A stretch of DNA of 60,678 bases, counting the filler, from Sphacelaria rigidula (lineage: Eukaryota): assembly GCA_964200075.2 (NCBI GenBank). It is 7 parts of 7 records of this genome, joined end to end, with 100 filler letters (N's around TTAATTAATTAA, not from the genome) between each part and the next. Parts side by side here need not be neighbours in the genome. Positions count along the whole stretch, not along the records: positions 52,097 to 60,678 come from CAXNAA020010706.1; 6 more parts are not named here. One strand, 5' to 3'. Below are positions 57,671-60,678 of the stretch, piece after piece; position 1 is the stretch's first letter; each line of letters starts with the position of its first letter. Under the pieces are notes generated by a model. It was not told where the DNA came from and searched no databases. It saw only the letters and a program-made list of their open reading frames with translations. Both the position numbers and the translations under genes were made by a program.

Positions 57671-60600
57671 CGGCAATCTGCTCTCGGTATTGCCTGAACT
57701 ACTGTATTGTTGTATCCCGGTTGACACAAAGTTGTAGTCGGCGCGGAGTCCTGCCTACACGCTGTTGAAATCGCCATGATGCTTTGGATGTTGAGTCTTA
57801 TGTTCAAAGAACAAAGTGCATCGTGTCCGCACCCATCATCCTATTATGTACGTATCGTTGTACTATGGTGCGTTTGAACCCTGCGAGGACGGTTCCACAT
57901 CGCCGAGGCTACTGTACTGGTGTGTTCCGGTCTGTACAGGATTGAGGTGGAAGCAGTGCTGCTCATCTAAAAAGTTGAAAACAGTCACGAGATGGCTGTG
58001 CAGCCGTTGTATCTTCGGGTGGTGTTTTCCAGGTGCGAAATTCCTCGTTTCCGATTGTGTGCCATAGTATGTTTTGTTTTCTCTTCTCATAATCACGAAT
58101 GCAAAAATGGTAATCGAAATCGATCAATTTTGTATTTTGATTTCTTCCCCTGAGAGTTGGCCGAGGCATTGAGTTTTCAAACCTAGCTCCCAAGCCACAC
58201 ATTCGGGCAGGCAAGGTGGTGCAGAACGGTTGAACCGATTCGGCTGAGTATTGACAGATGACGTGATTATGTTTGGTCTTATTTGCTACAGGGGGAGAAC
58301 GTAGGAAAATATCCCAGAAACAACAAACACAGAGGAAACCACCAATGGGAGACATGACGCACAGGAAAGTATGAAGTAGTCTCACCAACAACAGCAGACA
58401 AAGGCGTCATGCACGATGCAAAACGCCAGAAAACGTGTTCTGGTCAACACGTTGAACGACTTTCGCCAACAGTAGACAAGTTCAAGTCGTTGCACTACGC
58501 AACACCACGCACCGACGTAGTGCACGACGCAACGGAAGAAAAACGTGTCTCGGTCAAGAAGAGCTCAGCAACGCTTGAGAGTCTCGAAGGGCTGCCAGGG
58601 GTGTGGTGAGTATCTGGCGTTTCTAAGCGTCCTGAAGGGCTGCAAGAACCATATGTGCCGGCAAAGCGGTTCGTAATGACTCTCTATTGTATTCAGACTC
58701 GACGGCAGGTGGGCTTCAAGCTTCAACTGCGGATCGCAACGTGGAACAACCCTACCCTGACAGGTTCATTTACATTAATATCTATGGTAGTTTCTGTCTG
58801 AAAACGCAAAATCGATCTTCGTGTGCCGCAAGAGATGGTAGCTGCTCCGAGAAAAACAAAAGCTCACGAAATCGTTTCGCCTACACAAAGATACATCAAG
58901 TAGCGCGATGTTCGCAGTGGGCTGAGATCAGCTTTGAAGGAATCGACCGGTCTAAGGTGCCCTATCGGTATGAAGATGGCAGGAACCTGATCGTACTTGA
59001 TTTAGTATCTGCGGCAGGTTTGGTGTTTGTCCTGACGCCTGAGAAGGCAAAATCGATTATCGCATGCCGCAGCTATGCCGCAGGAAACGATACCTGCTCA
59101 CAGGATAACAGAGCTCACGAAAATATCTGGCCTACACAGGGATAAATCGATTGTGGCGCGAGATTCGCACTGTGGGTTTAGACCAGCTTTTGAGAGTCAA
59201 TTGGTTAAGGCGTGATCTATAAGAAGAATAAAAATGGCACACTTTCCCTTTACTTGTATGACAAAGACCAAACCTCCTACCGGAGACTTGGAATTCCTGG
59301 AATGCCGACAACTTTGCCCCCCAATACAGCATAAACATGGTGTCTTTGCTGGGAGCTCAACGGCATGTAGGAACGTTGACAGCGGGGAGAGTGAATCAAC
59401 AAGCACGCTTGCACCCACCATCGCCACCACTGGCATTCGAGTCCTACTCAGTAGAAGCTGCGCCACTCGGCGACGAAAATCGTACTTACAGGCACACGCA
59501 TGAAGTGGGGTCACAGCTTACGATATCGCACATGCACTGACTGTGCATTTTGATTTTCGGTGGAAGTCGTAGACCTGCGACTTGCGAGCCTTTTCTCGGC
59601 ACAACAAAATGACTTGACTATAGCGTTTTAACTGCTCTCAATGTTGTAGAAGACAACACCCGCGGCGCAAACACACAACCAACAACCGTATTACATCAGA
59701 CGACACACACTTTCATGACCTATACTCGCACGCTGAACACATCGCGTGTCTGGCCAAATAATCATACGTTGTGCCAAATGAGGTACAGAGACCGCAACTT
59801 GCGAATCCACTCCCGCCCCTAGACAGGAAACTCCAAATTTTGGATACCCAGAAGATTTCAAATGTACAGTACTTTCGAAATTAAGAACTTCGGGTGGACA
59901 ATGTACCTCTCGTCTCAGCTTTTGCCATTTGAGTGTTAAATCCAATATATGTACTTCCTGGGGGCTTGAAAATCCCACACAATCATGTTTCCCCCTATAC
60001 TACTTGTTTTGACCACAAATTTCGAACGGCGACGATTCGGGTGTAGATACGGCTATCGCAATTTTTCGCCTAGTGTCCGCAACGCCCACACCATTATGCA
60101 AGCGCCATTGGGCAACAACACAGCTACGTTGAGTCTCTTACCCATGGTATCGGTTACTTTCAGCCAACGACGTGCGACGAGATACGGGAGAATACCCATG
60201 CGTTCACGGTGAGCACAATACTCAACAATCGCTGGAAGCCTCCATCTCTACGAATTTTAGAGGGATGGGGTGGGGATGCTGGGTACGGGGGAGCGGGATT
60301 CCAGGAAATTTCGTGCCATGAGACACTGGAGATAAGGTGATTGTACCTCAGAGCACATGAGGGGCGTGCGAAAATCGCCGTAACCCCCCTCTACTGCCAC
60401 CTCCTTTCCCATCAGGGAAATCACCTGTTGACTGTAGGGGCGTCGATACTTTTTCTCGACTTCACGACGTTCTTTTCATGATATCAACGTTTGTGACGGC
60501 TTCTAAAAAGTCCAATTTCAACGTCGATGAGGGAAAGGAATAGCTGAGCTTTTCTCGCGAGAAAAAAAAGGGCAAATGCCTAGAAAAGGTTTACCTTCTC

Positions 60601-60678
60601 GTTTTTGGCCTAAAACAGGGTTGCCAGAAAAATGAGAACGTATTTTGAAATGAGAATCAACCGCTCCCCGGGATTGTG

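Noticed and set aside
53300-59980. Numerous 60-150-aa ORFs in the last contig
   Set aside because: No recognisable domains or consistent exon chain.

Overview
Eukaryotic, intron-rich, transposon-dense DNA, most likely a brown alga (Phaeophyceae), judged from an EsV-1-7 repeat exon, the short-exon/long-intron gene structure and the LINE/RTE families. It is not one locus. Seven separate contigs (8583, 8583, 8583, 8583, 8582, 8582, 8582 bp, apparently length-sorted) are joined by six artificial N44-TTAATTAATTAA-N44 linkers. Host genes: the 5' four exons of NMD3; a divergent endonuclease III (Nth/HhH-GPD)-like gene, possibly with an upstream hotdog/thioesterase-like region; an EsV-1-7-repeat gene; and a tentative SET-like gene whose putative intron holds a ~390-nt miRNA-precursor-like foldback. 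Mobile DNA: a decayed XPG-nuclease plus Cys-cluster ORF of AcademX type, an internally deleted mariner with D-40-D spacing and TA TSD, a GAG...CTC MITE family with 4-bp TSDs (Sola-like), an RTE LINE broken by nested insertions, a copia pol relic, a solo LTR, tRNA-derived SINEs, and a LINE/SINE pair that share a 3' tail and appear to insert into C-rich tracts. All family assignments come from motif recognition by eye; no database search was run.
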